Part shown: piece after piece, positions 52,416 through 62,509 of the stretch
Layout of the letters: each line of letters begins with the position of its first letter
How positions within the stretch are numbered: position 1 is the first letter of the stretch
Assembly: GCA_963817895.1 (NCBI GenBank)
Contig: CAWFQB010000001.1
Span: forward strand, 1,312,001-1,376,000
Length of the DNA stretch: 64,000 nucleotides
Reading direction: 5' to 3'
Origin: an uncultured Chthonomonadaceae bacterium
GTDB lineage: Bacteria; Armatimonadota; Chthonomonadetes; Chthonomonadales; Chthonomonadaceae
Program-made: the position numbers and the translations under genes
Notes under the pieces: generated by a model
Seen by the model: the letters and a program-made list of their open reading frames with translations, nothing else
The model's database searches: none
Told to the model about the DNA's origin: nothing

Positions 52416-52616
52416 CTATTTTACTTTCGGCCAGTGCCGTCGCGCGCCGGTTTTCTCACGGAGCAGGTTCATATTGCGCTTGAACTCTTCTACTTCTCGT
52501 TCTGCTTCAAGCCGCGCGGTTTCATCAGCGGCTTTGCCTTCAGCAATCCAACTATCCAGCAGGGCTATGGCGGCTTTCGCCTTCTCTGTGCCTCCTATGG
52601 TTTGATGTTTGTCCAC
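52416..52616 (-). CDS. Antitoxin-like protein, paralog of 53053-53343
   Basis: ALLDSWI...EFKRNMNL..GAR shared with the upstream gene. Confidence 0.65.
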   Translation of the reverse strand: MDKHQTIGGTEKAKAAIALLDSWIAEGKAADETARLEAEREVEEFKRNMNLLREKTGARRHWPKVK

Positions 52617-53056
52617 AAATCGGCGGGGGCAAAGAGGGCAAGGTGTCCGACATTCACTGTTGCAATAACGAAGTCTGAGAGCGGCAATCCGGTATCAAGC
52701 GCCTGCGCCTCAATCAGCGCGTCGCCATCCAACTCTTTCGGGTCGGCGGTAGAGGTTCCGGCTTTGCGTACTCGCGCTCATAAGTCTGCGGCAAGCCAAA
52801 TTGCTGCATCCGTAACGGACAAAAACCTGTCTGGTTCGGCGGTATTGAAAGCGTCCAATCGAGCAATGCCGTTTGTCTTTCCGGCGCGTATCAGTTCGCG
52901 CCGTACTTCGTAGTCGGCAATGGCGGGAACAAGGAAACGATGTCCGGCGGCTTCCATATCGAATACCCACTGCGCGACAGCAATATTATCCGGGGTCTTC
53001 TTTGGGTTCGTGACCATGCCAAGCGGGCCGGCATCCAGAAAGACAGTCAGGCTCAT
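52595..53056 (-). pseudogene. PIN-domain toxin with an in-frame TGA
   Basis: VFLDAGPLG, ADYEVRREL, AADL*ARVR, ELDGDALI, IATVNVGHL. The frame is intact across the stop at 52778-52780. Confidence 0.85.
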
Positions 53057-53343
53057 TCCGCCTCCGGGTACAACAGACGCGCCCCGGCTTCTTTGCGCGG
53101 GAGGTTCATGTTGCGCTTGAACTCGCGCCACTCTTCCTCGGCAGCGCGAATTTCTTCGGGATCGTCGGTGGCGTCTTCCTCCAGCCAGGCCTTCATCAGC
53201 GCCATTGTAGGGGTTTGCTTCTGCGGTTCAAACACCCTTAATTCCAGCTCGGATGTTTTTGGAATCTCGCTGCTGTGAGCCAAGAGTTCATCCCACGTTC
53301 CCCGATATGTTTTACTCGCTTGCTGTACGTCTAACTGTGCCAT
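53053..53343 (-). CDS. Putative antitoxin
   Basis: AGGAGG RBS; 96 aa; ATGA overlap with the PIN gene. Confidence 0.75.
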   Translation of the reverse strand: MAQLDVQQASKTYRGTWDELLAHSSEIPKTSELELRVFEPQKQTPTMALMKAWLEEDATDDPEEIRAAEEEWREFKRNMNLPRKEAGARLLYPEAE

Positions 53344-53586
53344 GTGCCTTACCTCCTGCGCCTGCAATGTATTTCCATTATAGCATACGTATGCGGGAAC
53401 GATTTTTGATGGTATTGCGTGAACCGGTAAAATATCAAACAGGGAGAAGCGAAATGGAACAGCAAATCCGAGACGCGCTTACGTCAGCCTTTGCCGGGGC
53501 GCAAGTGGAGTTGGAAACGTCACCCGATGGCCGGTATTCGGGTCTGCTGATGTCAACTACCGCCCCCTAAAGAGGGCGGCTTGTCC

Positions 53587-54701
53587 CTACGTGGAAGCGA
53601 ATGCTTCTTTGCGGAACATTAGGGCGGGTGACAATTCGCCCCGTGCTTTGAGGTTCAGCGCGGCATTGACATCCGCGTTGGCCTCCAAGCCACAGCATTG
53701 ACAACAAAAACGCTCCTGCGATGTACGGTTGGCCCGTTCACAATGCCCACAGGCGGAACAGGTCTGCGACGAATAGCGCGGGTCTACTGCAATCAGAGTG
53801 ACGCCAGCGCGCTTCGCTTTGTAGTGCAGGAAGGTTTTGAGTTGTAAAAATGCCCAGTTATTCAGTTCGGTTCGCATGACTCGATTCAAGCCGTTTACTC
53901 TCTGTCGTATCCCCGTAAGGACTTCACAGGCGAGTGCCTTCTGTCGGTCTAGTGCCAGTTGAACCAGATGCTTGCTGATGATGTGATTGGTGTCTTTAAC
54001 GAAGCGGCTTTCCTTGCGCCGCGCCTTTTGCAGATGTTTGCGGGCGGAACGCGTCTTCCTGGATTGAAGGAGTTGGCGCAGGCGGCGGTACTTGCGGCGC
54101 ACTTTCTGAACGGGTTCACCCGTATACTGATGGCCCTCGCTGTCGGTCGCCACGTTGACGATGCCCAAGTCTATACCGACCACGCCAACAGGCGTGAAGA
54201 CTTCGGCCTCTTCTACCGTGATCGCGCAGGACAAGTAGAACGCCCCGTCGCGCAGGAGTAAGTCGCTCTGCCCTTTTTGCCTTGCAGGAGTTCCTTCTGA
54301 GCCGCAGAGCAAACGAACGGGAGGTGTAAACGCCCCTGCACGGTGTTGAGGCTGACGGTCTGGGTGTCTACCTTCCACGTCAGCAAGTCTTTGTCTAACT
54401 CGATGCCGCCAAGCGCAGAGAACGCGCGCTGAACCTTCGTATCGAGTTTGTCGGACGTGGCAGACTTGTAGGCGTGAGCGACTTTGGCGATAGCGCGAAC
54501 GACATGGTTCGCGTTAAGGTTCGTTTCGGCCTTGACAGGATGGTAAACAAGGGCATGAAGGTCATACTGGCGAAACGTGCCTGTCGTAAAAGCCGTTGCG
54601 CTGATGGCGTCACACGCCGCGTTGCACGTCCGCAGGGTATCTACCAGAGCGGCGTGTTGGTCCGGTGTCGTATTCAGTTTTACGGTGACAGTGAGTTGCA
54701 T
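53587..54701 (-). CDS. tnpB: TnpB RNA-guided endonuclease; frameshift near 54275
   Basis: GIDLG, ACEVL, SSQTCSACG, CQCCG, ADVNAALNL (RuvC D-E-D present). Split across ORFs 54213-54701 and 53587-54378. Confidence 0.92.
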
Positions 54702-54770
54702 GACAAAAGCGGAACTTCCGGTAGACGTGACAGTTATCTACGCCGCCGCGCCTGACCAAAAGCGGAAAGC

Positions 54771-55175
54771 CTATTCACGGGTTTTTTGTTCTTCGATGTA
54801 CTTTTTGATGACTTCGGCGGACACATGCCCCGCACTTCCGACATAGTAACTTCGGCTCCACAGGCACGGCAGAGTGCTTTTCAAATGCGGGAACTCCTGC
54901 CGCAGTATGCGGGAAGTATAGCCTTTGAACTGGTTGGCATAGTGCTGTGGGGCGTCCGTTGGTGGGACGGCAACAAACAGATGAACATGGTCTGGCATAA
55001 CTTCCAGCCCTTCAATCTCCACGTTCAGAGCCGTCGCTTTCTCATAAAGCAGTTCTTTGAGGCGTGTTTCTACAACGTCCACCAGTACGGGTTTGCGGTA
55101 CTTAGGACACTACACCAGATGTAAATACAGGTTGAAAACGCTCCCTGCGTTCTTGCGGTATCGGGTTTCATTCAT
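54771..55175 (-). pseudogene. tnpA: IS200-type Y1 transposase TnpA with an amber stop
   Basis: HLV*CPKYRK (TAG at 55110-55112 where Trp is conserved), PDHVHL, KGYTS, LWSRSYY, YIEEQ. Confidence 0.9.
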
Positions 55176-55551
55176 ACATCTATTCTACCGCAAAGTCATA
55201 CGTTTGTCAGATAACTAACACAAAAGGAGGAGTGCAAGGGGTTTAGACGACATTGCGGCTGATACCGCAATTCTGAAAAGGAAGACAATTCCCCGTGTCG
55301 CCTAAAGGCGACAGTCCCCTTGTCTTATTTCTGATGGGAAGTGTTCTACGGATGAGGATTCGATAAAGCGGCATCAGCAGGTACGGCAAGTTCTCACGGC
55401 GGCGTTGAATGGCGGGGCGGCAAACGTCGGCATGTTGTTCACTTACACGCCGGGAGAAATGGCAGCGATGCGCGCCGCCTAAAGGCTGGTAAATCATGTC
55501 GCCAAGCGCGTAGGGCGTAGCAGATGCTTCGCTATCAAAAATGCAGCAAGT

Positions 55552-56265
55552 CTACTTATCACATGCCTCGGCAAGAACGCTTACCAGATAGTTTGTGGTG
55601 GCCTTCGCGTAATATGTATAGTGACGTTCAGAAACGACGAATACATCTTCGCCCTTTATGGTGCAACGACGTACCATGTTGCTTGTGCCAAAAGTACCAA
55701 CGGTTTGACACTGTACGTTGAAATCATTGTGTAGAGTCTCGTTGAAATACCGCGCGGCATCATTACCAAAACAGATGAAAATACGGCATCCGTCTCTCAC
55801 CAGACCAATGATCTCGTTTGTAAGGTACTGGCGAAAAAGATTTGTCAGATGTGGACAATTCTTCAGTAACTTGTTCATTTGGTTTGCCTTAGTGAACTCA
55901 GACCTTGGCGGATAAACCTTGACGAAATTTGTGAAGTAGAACGCGCCGCTTGCCAGTTCAGGTACGCCTGACCTATATTTCTCTATAACAGGAGGCAACT
56001 TCTCGACTAACGATTTGTGTTCTCGGCAAGCCACCACCATTGGATTTGGATTAGCAAAAAACTCACGGAAATCCACATCAGCAAAGCCATTAATGGCTAT
56101 CAGCGCTGCCCGAATAGGATGATGTGTGTCAGTTGTGATGGGCTTGAAAATTCCCTGACGTTCTTGGGCTTCCATGTGCAGGCTTTGTAAGTCTTCAGGG
56201 GAAATGGATTGAAAAACGTCTGTCTTGTTCTTGTTGAAATATTTGTTGCAGTCAAAGACTTCCAT
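55552..56265 (-). CDS. Low-GC hypothetical protein, possibly UDG-superfamily fold
   Basis: FYFTNFVK, IFICFGNDA, ERHY resemble uracil-DNA-glycosylase-like motifs; noticeably AT-richer than its neighbours. Confidence 0.5.
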   Translation of the reverse strand: MEVFDCNKYFNKNKTDVFQSISPEDLQSLHMEAQERQGIFKPITTDTHHPIRAALIAINGFADVDFREFFANPNPMVVACREHKSLVEKLPPVIEKYRSGVPELASGAFYFTNFVKVYPPRSEFTKANQMNKLLKNCPHLTNLFRQYLTNEIIGLVRDGCRIFICFGNDAARYFNETLHNDFNVQCQTVGTFGTSNMVRRCTIKGEDVFVVSERHYTYYAKATTNYLVSVLAEACDK

Positions 56266-56313
56266 CTTCCCTTTCCTTCCGGCTCAACGCGCCTGCACAT
56301 TTCATTGGAACAA

Positions 56314-57348
56314 TTAATGCTTTGCGCTGACGTCGCAGAGGGCGTCAATGGCGCGTTCTGTGTCTTCCTCATCTACGTCCAGGTGCGTGACCCAGCGGAT
56401 GCGGTGAGGGGCGGTGGGGTTGCAGAGGATTTTGTGACGGGCTTCCAGTTGCTGCTTGATGTGGGCGGCGGGCTGTTGGGTGTTGAAGTAGACCATGTTG
56501 GTGGGAACGTCGGGCGAGTCGAGCGTGATGCCGGGGAGGTTGGCGATGCCTGCCGCCAGTTTGCGGGCGTTGGCATGGTCTTCCGCCAGTCGTTCGATGT
56601 TGTTGTCAAGCGCGTACAGGCCCGCTGCGGCGAGTATTCCCACCTGCCGCATCCCGCCACCGAGCATTTTGCGGACGCGCTTCGCTTTGTCTACGAACTC
56701 CTGTGAACCGCACAAGACGGAACCGACCGGGCAGCCGAGCGCTTTGGACAGGCAGAACGTGACCGTATCCGTACAGGCGGCGTATTCGGACGCGGGTACG
56801 CCCGTCGCCACTGCCGCGTTAAATAACCGCGCGCCGTCCAGATGCACTTTCAGGCCGTGTTCCTGCGCCCACTGCCATAGATGCCGATGCACCTCTAAGG
56901 GAATTACATACCCGCCCGCCCGGTTGTGCGTGTTTTCCAGGACGAGCAGGGTTGTGCCGGAACCGTGCAGGGATTCGGTGTGCAGGGAACCCGTGATTTC
57001 GTCCACGTCAGGAACGCCTTTGTGACTGTGGAATTGCCGGGTCAGGACGTGCGCAATCGTGGCGGGCAGTCCCACTTCGTACAGCATGGAATGGGCTTCC
57101 GCGTCCAGCAAAATTTCGTCGCCGGGTTTGGTATGGACTTTGATGGCGACCGCGTTACCCATTGTGCCGCTTGGAACGAATAGTCCGGCTTCCTTGCCCA
57201 TGAAATGCGCGGCCCGCTCCTGCAAGCGGTTGACAGTGGGATCGTCCTCGTACACGTCGTCACCCACCAATGCTCCGGCCATTGCCTGCCGCATCGCAAG
57301 GGTAGGCTTCGTGACCGTATCGCTGCGTAAATCTACAAACTCGCGCAT
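56314..57348 (-). CDS. ltaE: Low-specificity L-threonine aldolase
   Basis: [47 protein letters not shown]. Confidence 0.95.
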   Translation of the reverse strand: MREFVDLRSDTVTKPTLAMRQAMAGALVGDDVYEDDPTVNRLQERAAHFMGKEAGLFVPSGTMGNAVAIKVHTKPGDEILLDAEAHSMLYEVGLPATIAHVLTRQFHSHKGVPDVDEITGSLHTESLHGSGTTLLVLENTHNRAGGYVIPLEVHRHLWQWAQEHGLKVHLDGARLFNAAVATGVPASEYAACTDTVTFCLSKALGCPVGSVLCGSQEFVDKAKRVRKMLGGGMRQVGILAAAGLYALDNNIERLAEDHANARKLAAGIANLPGITLDSPDVPTNMVYFNTQQPAAHIKQQLEARHKILCNPTAPHRIRWVTHLDVDEEDTERAIDALCDVSAKH

Positions 57349-57451
57349 AATTTAACTCCAATGCGGATATTCACCACCCGCTGCGCTAGAGGCACAGAGA
57401 CACAGAGAGGGAACATAGAGAAAGAACAAGAGAAAAAACAGCCCGGGTGGT

Positions 57452-58273
57452 TTATTCTGTTTCTGCGATGAATTTCCAGTGAGCCAGCAGATTCGCTTCT
57501 ACACACGTCATGGGGAATCTTACTGACAGGCGCAGGGCAGGGGCCGTGAAACTGCCTCTGCCGATGAGATAGGCGCGGGTGGCGTTCGTTTGCTGCCGCG
57601 CGTGTTCCAGACGTTCCACGTCGGCAACGCCAATGGCAGCCGCGTCTTCTGCGAATAGCGCCAGTTCGAGGCTGTTGTCGGGCAGGCGCAGCAGGCGCAG
57701 AGTGTCATCGTTGAAAACAGTCTCTTTTTGCAGAGGCAGGCCGCGCATGGCAAAAATATGCTCGGCTTCGGCGCGAAACGCAACGGCATCCAGAGATTGC
57801 AGGCGTGACGTTTCCCGCATCACCTCTCGGAAATGGGCGTCCTGCTCCGCCATGTAGCGTATCGCGCGATCTATCTGCGCCTCATTTTCCGCATAATCTC
57901 GCTGCGCTTTATTTCGCCTCGCGTGTGCCTGAGTTGCTTTCCGCTGTTGCTGCTGATCCTTTTGTTCCGTCTGCCGCGCCTGCCGTCTTGCTTTTTTGAC
58001 GGCGTGTGCCTGCGCGCTTTGGGCAATGCGCTGCTGGTTACGCCAGATACGCGCCCAATGGTTTAGCTCCCACACGCAGCCCCCGACACTCAACAGAACG
58101 CACAACGCGCCCGCGCCCCGTGTTCCGGGGATCACGCCGATCAGCACTAGCAGGCCGATCAGCAACGCAATCAGCCAGCCCGGCAGCGCGAACAGCCGGG
58201 CATCGCGCTTACGGCTTGCCGCGCGCCCGGTTTTGTTGTGTTCCAACAGTTGTCGCGAAGAGAGTTCACTCAT
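57452..58273 (-). CDS. Membrane protein with coiled coil and degenerate Mrr-like C-terminal domain
   Basis: 2 TMs; LQSLDAVAFR..EHIFAMRG, IGVADVERL, RGSFTAPA. Confidence 0.6.
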   Translation of the reverse strand: MSELSSRQLLEHNKTGRAASRKRDARLFALPGWLIALLIGLLVLIGVIPGTRGAGALCVLLSVGGCVWELNHWARIWRNQQRIAQSAQAHAVKKARRQARQTEQKDQQQQRKATQAHARRNKAQRDYAENEAQIDRAIRYMAEQDAHFREVMRETSRLQSLDAVAFRAEAEHIFAMRGLPLQKETVFNDDTLRLLRLPDNSLELALFAEDAAAIGVADVERLEHARQQTNATRAYLIGRGSFTAPALRLSVRFPMTCVEANLLAHWKFIAETE

Positions 58274-58357
58274 AATAAACCGCGCTCAGACAGTGCCGGC
58301 AAAGGGGAGCAGTCCCGCCCAATACCGAACACCAAATAACCAGCACCGAACACCCTC

Positions 58358-59020
58358 CTACCGGAAGAAGCGGACGCCAACGCTTACGCCGTCCGTGTTG
58401 ATCTGGTGAATCTCATGGTTGACGCGATAGCCCGCGTAAAGCGTGAGATAGCGCAGGGGATACTCGACGCCCGCCGTGATACTGGGTACAAAGTTGGAGC
58501 GGTCAAAGTGTGGATTGGCCGTGATGGAACGCGCCCGTCCGACAAACAGGCCACCGGACACGAAGGGCGTCAGGCGATTGACGACGCGATGCGTGGATAC
58601 TTTGAAACCCGGTCCGATGAGATTGAACTCATTGCCGCCCTGAAATGGCAGAAAATGGTCGTTGGCAGAAACGATTTCCAGCCCGCCGGTGACATCAAAC
58701 AGCGGAAAGTGTTTGGGTTTGACGAAAATCTGCGTGTCGCCGTAGAACTTCGGCGTTCCCAGCGCGCGCGTCGCGGAACTGCTTGTGAAGTAGTAGCCGC
58801 CCACGCTGAAAAATCCCGCAACGGTGCGGACGAGCGGGCTGATAACCGACTGATTGCCACTCACGGTACTGCCGGGGGACGTGACATGGGCGAAAAGGTC
58901 TTCTTTGGCGGAAACCTCCTGCGCGAAAGCGGCAGGCGCAACGGCAAGCAGTGTCAGGGCGAAAGCGGACGCGAGCGCGCGATTGGAAAAGAGTTTGGAG
59001 TGTCCGAGTTGGGATTGCAT
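58358..59020 (-). CDS. Small outer-membrane beta-barrel protein
   Basis: Signal ending APAAFA; alternating beta strands (PFVSGG, AGVEY, YAGYR); C-terminal VGVRFFR. Confidence 0.7.
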   Translation of the reverse strand: MQSQLGHSKLFSNRALASAFALTLLAVAPAAFAQEVSAKEDLFAHVTSPGSTVSGNQSVISPLVRTVAGFFSVGGYYFTSSSATRALGTPKFYGDTQIFVKPKHFPLFDVTGGLEIVSANDHFLPFQGGNEFNLIGPGFKVSTHRVVNRLTPFVSGGLFVGRARSITANPHFDRSNFVPSITAGVEYPLRYLTLYAGYRVNHEIHQINTDGVSVGVRFFR

Positions 59021-59369
59021 ACGACATAATCTCCTGATGAAGCTGGATAGAGCGTAAAACTTCCGGTCAGGCTGCGGCGCGGAAAAGTGGCGGAAGCGCG
59101 ACTGTTCGGAATCTCCCTTGATTGTGCCACAAAAGCCGGGAAAAGGCGAACGCTGGAGGTATATAATTAGGTAAGAAAAACGACTTCAAGCCGAAAAGCG
59201 CTCGCTCTGCCTGTTTTGAACCTGTCGCGCGGCTTGCTTTCTCGTTCCGATTTGGGGTACAGTAGAAAGGTTTGCGCGGCGTGGAAACAATCGCGCCGCG
59301 TCTGTCCCTGCGCCGATTCAAATACAGAGTTAAATTGAGCGGCACGGCACACAATTCGCGGCGAACTAC

Positions 59370-59550
59370 AAACACACTGGACGCGGAACAGTCGGCGGGT
59401 GAGAAAACGCGATTTTCTTAACCGGCTTATCGCAACGCGACAGGAGGAGCTTTCTTAGAGGAAAAAGGAAAAAGGAAAAAGGAAAAAGTATCCAATCCGG
59501 TACTTTCTCCTTTCTCCCTTCTCCTTTTTCCTTGCCGGAGGCAAAAACCC
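59370..59550 (+). promoter_or_regulatory. rpsB (S2 / t44-like) autoregulatory leader
   Basis: ACACAC at 59372 and GGAGGCAAAAACCC at 59537-59550 bracket a long hairpin upstream of rpsB. Confidence 0.55.
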
Positions 59551-59565
59551 AACGGAGGAACGAGA

Positions 59566-60480
59566 GTGGCATCCCTTTCGATGAAAGAATTGTTGGAAGC
59601 GGGCGTTCACTTCGGGCATCAGACCCGGAGATGGAACCCCAAAATGAAGCGCTACATTTATGGCGCGCGCAACGGAATTTATATCGTTGACCTGCATCAG
59701 ACGTTGAAACTGTTCGATGAGGCGCAGCGGTTCGTGCAGGAAGTGGTTGCGGACGGCGGCACCGTGCTGTTCGTGGGAACCAAAAAGCAGGCGCAGGACG
59801 CGATTTCCGAGTCGGCGTCGCGCTGCCGCCAGTATTTCGTCAATCAGCGCTGGCTGGGCGGGATGCTGACCAACTACACGACGATTCGCGGACGCATCAA
59901 GCGGCTTGCGGAACTCAACGAGATGCAGGCCAATGGCACGTTCGACCGCCTGACCAAAAAGGAAGCGGCCCTGCTGACGGAACAGCGCGATAAACTGGAG
60001 CGGTATCTGGGCGGCATCAAAGAGATGCCCCGTCTGCCGGACTGCCTGATTATCGTGGACTGCAAAAAAGAGCATCTGGCGATTGCGGAAGCGCGGCGTC
60101 TGGAAATCCCAATTGTCGCGCTCGTGGATACCAACTGCGACCCAGATGAGATTGACTACGTGATTCCCGGCAACGACGACGCCATTCGCGCCATCAAACT
60201 GGTTGCGGGCAAACTGGCCGATGCCATTGCCGAAATCAAGCAGGCCGAATGGGACGCGGAAGAGGACGCGCGACTGGCTTCCCTACCGCCTTCCGAAGAG
60301 GAAGCGCCCGAAAAGCCGGACGTGGACGCGCTGTTCGCCGAGCCGACGATTGTACCCCCGCTGGATTTGCCCGCCCCGCCTGCGGATGGCGATTTTGTCT
60401 TCCAGCCCGGCGCTGAAGACGAATATTCCCGCATGGGCGCGGGCGACGATCTGGAGCCGATTGCGACGGTAGAACGTTAG
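59566..60480 (+). CDS. rpsB: 30S ribosomal protein S2 with acidic, Pro-rich tail
   Basis: [44 protein letters not shown]. Confidence 0.99.
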   Translation: MASLSMKELLEAGVHFGHQTRRWNPKMKRYIYGARNGIYIVDLHQTLKLFDEAQRFVQEVVADGGTVLFVGTKKQAQDAISESASRCRQYFVNQRWLGGMLTNYTTIRGRIKRLAELNEMQANGTFDRLTKKEAALLTEQRDKLERYLGGIKEMPRLPDCLIIVDCKKEHLAIAEARRLEIPIVALVDTNCDPDEIDYVIPGNDDAIRAIKLVAGKLADAIAEIKQAEWDAEEDARLASLPPSEEEAPEKPDVDALFAEPTIVPPLDLPAPPADGDFVFQPGAEDEYSRMGAGDDLEPIATVER

Positions 60481-60607
60481 TGGTTGGTGATTGGTGGCTG
60501 GTGGTTGGTTCTCCTGCTGTAACTTATTGTTGTATATAGTTGTCTTGTGATTGGCACAGGCAGGGAGTGGCGGCAACCAGTCACCAACCACCAACCACCA
60601 ACCACCG
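60479..60607. repeat. Palindromic short-tandem-repeat element (TGGTTGG / CCAACCA units)
   Basis: gtggttggtgattggtggctggtggttgg ... accaaccaccaaccaccaaccacc between rpsB and tsf. Confidence 0.85.
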
Positions 60608-60626
60608 CATTTGAAAGGTTAAAACA

Positions 60627-61544
60627 ATGGCAGAGATTTCGGCGAAGGCCGTGATGGAACTGCGCGAGCGCACGGGCGCGGGCATGATGGACTGTAAGGC
60701 CGCGCTGAAGGAAGCCAACGGCGATTCCGAAGAGGCGATCAAGGCGCTGCGCATCAAGATGGGCAACAAGCTGACCAACCGGGGCGAACGGGCGGCGGCG
60801 GAAGGCATTATCGCGGTCGTGGTTCTGGACAATCAGGACGCGGCTATTATCGAACTGAATTCGGAAACCGATTTCGTGGCGCGAAGCGATGACTTCAAGG
60901 CGCTGGCGAAGGAACTGGCCGAGCAGGTCGCTCGCGGCAAAGGGCATAGCGTGGAAACCGTGCTGACGCAGGAATCCCATACGCAACCCGGCGTGACCGT
61001 GCAGGAGCGACTGAACGACGTGTTTACCAAACTGCGCGAAAACATCATTTTCAAGCGGTTCGAGTTTATTTCGACGGCGGAAAACGGCGCGGTTGCCGGC
61101 TATGTGCATCTGGCGGCAGCGGACAAACTCGGCGTTCTGGTGGAAGTGGAAGCGGGTTCGCCCGAAGCCGCAAAGAGCGACGCGGTTCTGAATCTGGCGA
61201 AAGAACTCGCCATGCAGATCGCCGCCTCCAAACCGCGCTACACGACCCGCGAGGAAGTTCCCGCGAATATTCTGGATACGGAGCGCGAAATTGCCCGCAC
61301 GACCGCGCAGAACGAGGGCAAGCCGGAAGCCGCGATGGATAAAATCGTGGAGGGCCGCGTTCGCAAGTTCTACGAGGACGCGGTTCTGATGGATCAGCCG
61401 TATCTGCGCGAACCAAAGAAAACCGTGTCGCAGATCATCAAAGAGGCCGGCGCGGGCGTCACTCTAAAGCGGTTTGTGCGCTATGAGGTCGGTCAGGTTG
61501 TGGGCGTGGAAACCAGTGGCGACATCAAGGCGACGGTGGAATAA
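60627..61544 (+). CDS. tsf: Elongation factor Ts
   Basis: LRERTGAGMMDCKAAL, ELNSETDFVAR, AMQIAA, FVRYEVG. Confidence 0.99.
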   Translation: MAEISAKAVMELRERTGAGMMDCKAALKEANGDSEEAIKALRIKMGNKLTNRGERAAAEGIIAVVVLDNQDAAIIELNSETDFVARSDDFKALAKELAEQVARGKGHSVETVLTQESHTQPGVTVQERLNDVFTKLRENIIFKRFEFISTAENGAVAGYVHLAAADKLGVLVEVEAGSPEAAKSDAVLNLAKELAMQIAASKPRYTTREEVPANILDTEREIARTTAQNEGKPEAAMDKIVEGRVRKFYEDAVLMDQPYLREPKKTVSQIIKEAGAGVTLKRFVRYEVGQVVGVETSGDIKATVE

Positions 61545-61619
61545 TGGCTGATTCGGATGGTCAATCCGGCTCAACTTTTATTCAAGCGTTTTCCGTGAGA
61601 AACAACACCACATAACAGG

Positions 61620-61656
61620 AAGACGCTGGCGGAATCATTCCTGCCAGCGTCTTTTT
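61620..61656 (+). terminator. Intrinsic terminator after tsf
   Basis: AAGACGCTGGC...GCCAGCGTCTT followed by a T run. Confidence 0.7.
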
Positions 61657-61696
61657 GCTGTCAGACAAGAAAAACGCAAACGTAAAGGAGAAGGAC

Positions 61697-62509
61697 ATGA
61701 GCGAAGATACAATTCAGAACGCAGACGCTGCCGAACAGCCGCGCAATTCCGGTTTACGGTGGAAGCGTGTGCTGCTGAAACTGTCGGGCGAGGCGTTTGC
61801 GGCGGAACATGGCGTGAATGAGAATGTGGCCCGTGAAATGGGCGCGGCCCCCCGCGTCGGGCTGAACTACGGGACGATTCGCGCCATTGCTTCGGAAGTG
61901 GTGCAGGCGCATCATCAGGGTGTGGAGATCGCCATTGTGATCGGGGCGGGCAATATCGTGCGGGGCGAACGGGCGGCGGAAGCGGGCATGGAGCGGGCGG
62001 CTGCGGATTACATGGGGATGCTTGGCACAGTCATCAACAGCATGGCGTTGCAGGACGCATTGGAAAAACAGGGCGTTCCCACGCGGGTTATGTCGGCCAT
62101 CGCTATGTCGGAAGTGGCGGAACCGTTTATCCGGCGGCGGGCGATTCGGCATCTGGAAAAGGGGCGCGTGGTTGTTCTGGCGGGCGGAACCGGCAATCCG
62201 TTTTTCACGACGGATACCGCTGCGGCACTGCGAGCGAACGAAATCCGGGCGGGCGCGGTGCTGAAAGCCACAAATGTGGACGGCGTTTACGACAAAGACC
62301 CGCGCAAATTCGCGGACGCGAAACGCCATACGCAGGTGACGTATGATGAGTGCATCAGCAACAACCTGCGCGTGATGGATCAGACCGCGTTCACGTTTTG
62401 CCGCGAGTACGATATTCCCATTGTGGTGTTTGATATTGCCCAAACCGGCAACATCCGCCGCGTCGTCACCGGGGACAACATCGGCACTCTGGTCAGCAGT
62501 GGCGCGTAG
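61697..62509 (+). CDS. pyrH: UMP kinase
   Basis: RVLLKLSGEA, DYMGMLGT, GTGNPFFTTD, VDGVY, VMDQTA. Confidence 0.98.
   Translation: MSEDTIQNADAAEQPRNSGLRWKRVLLKLSGEAFAAEHGVNENVAREMGAAPRVGLNYGTIRAIASEVVQAHHQGVEIAIVIGAGNIVRGERAAEAGMERAAADYMGMLGTVINSMALQDALEKQGVPTRVMSAIAMSEVAEPFIRRRAIRHLEKGRVVVLAGGTGNPFFTTDTAAALRANEIRAGAVLKATNVDGVYDKDPRKFADAKRHTQVTYDECISNNLRVMDQTAFTFCREYDIPIVVFDIAQTGNIRRVVTGDNIGTLVSSGA

Larger units (their letters stand above)
53552..55330 (-). mobile_element. IS200/IS605-family element (tnpA + tnpB)
   Basis: Left-end hairpin TGTCGCC-TAAA-GGCGACA (55296-55313); right end CAAGCCGCCCTCTTTAGGGGGCGGTAGTTGAC on the minus strand ending at 53552. Confidence 0.9.
53454..55482 (+). pseudogene. 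Small BolA-like gene split by the IS605 element
   Basis: 5' half MEQQIRDALTSAFAGAQVELETSPDGRYSGLL (53454-53551); 3' half ...DEDSIKRHQQVRQVL...LFTYTPGE* (55331-55482). Confidence 0.6.

Noticed and set aside
52778..52780. Alternative genetic code (TGA = Trp) or stop readthrough
   Set aside because: TGA ends thrS, vsr and other genes normally, TGG is widely used, and the tnpA case is TAG.
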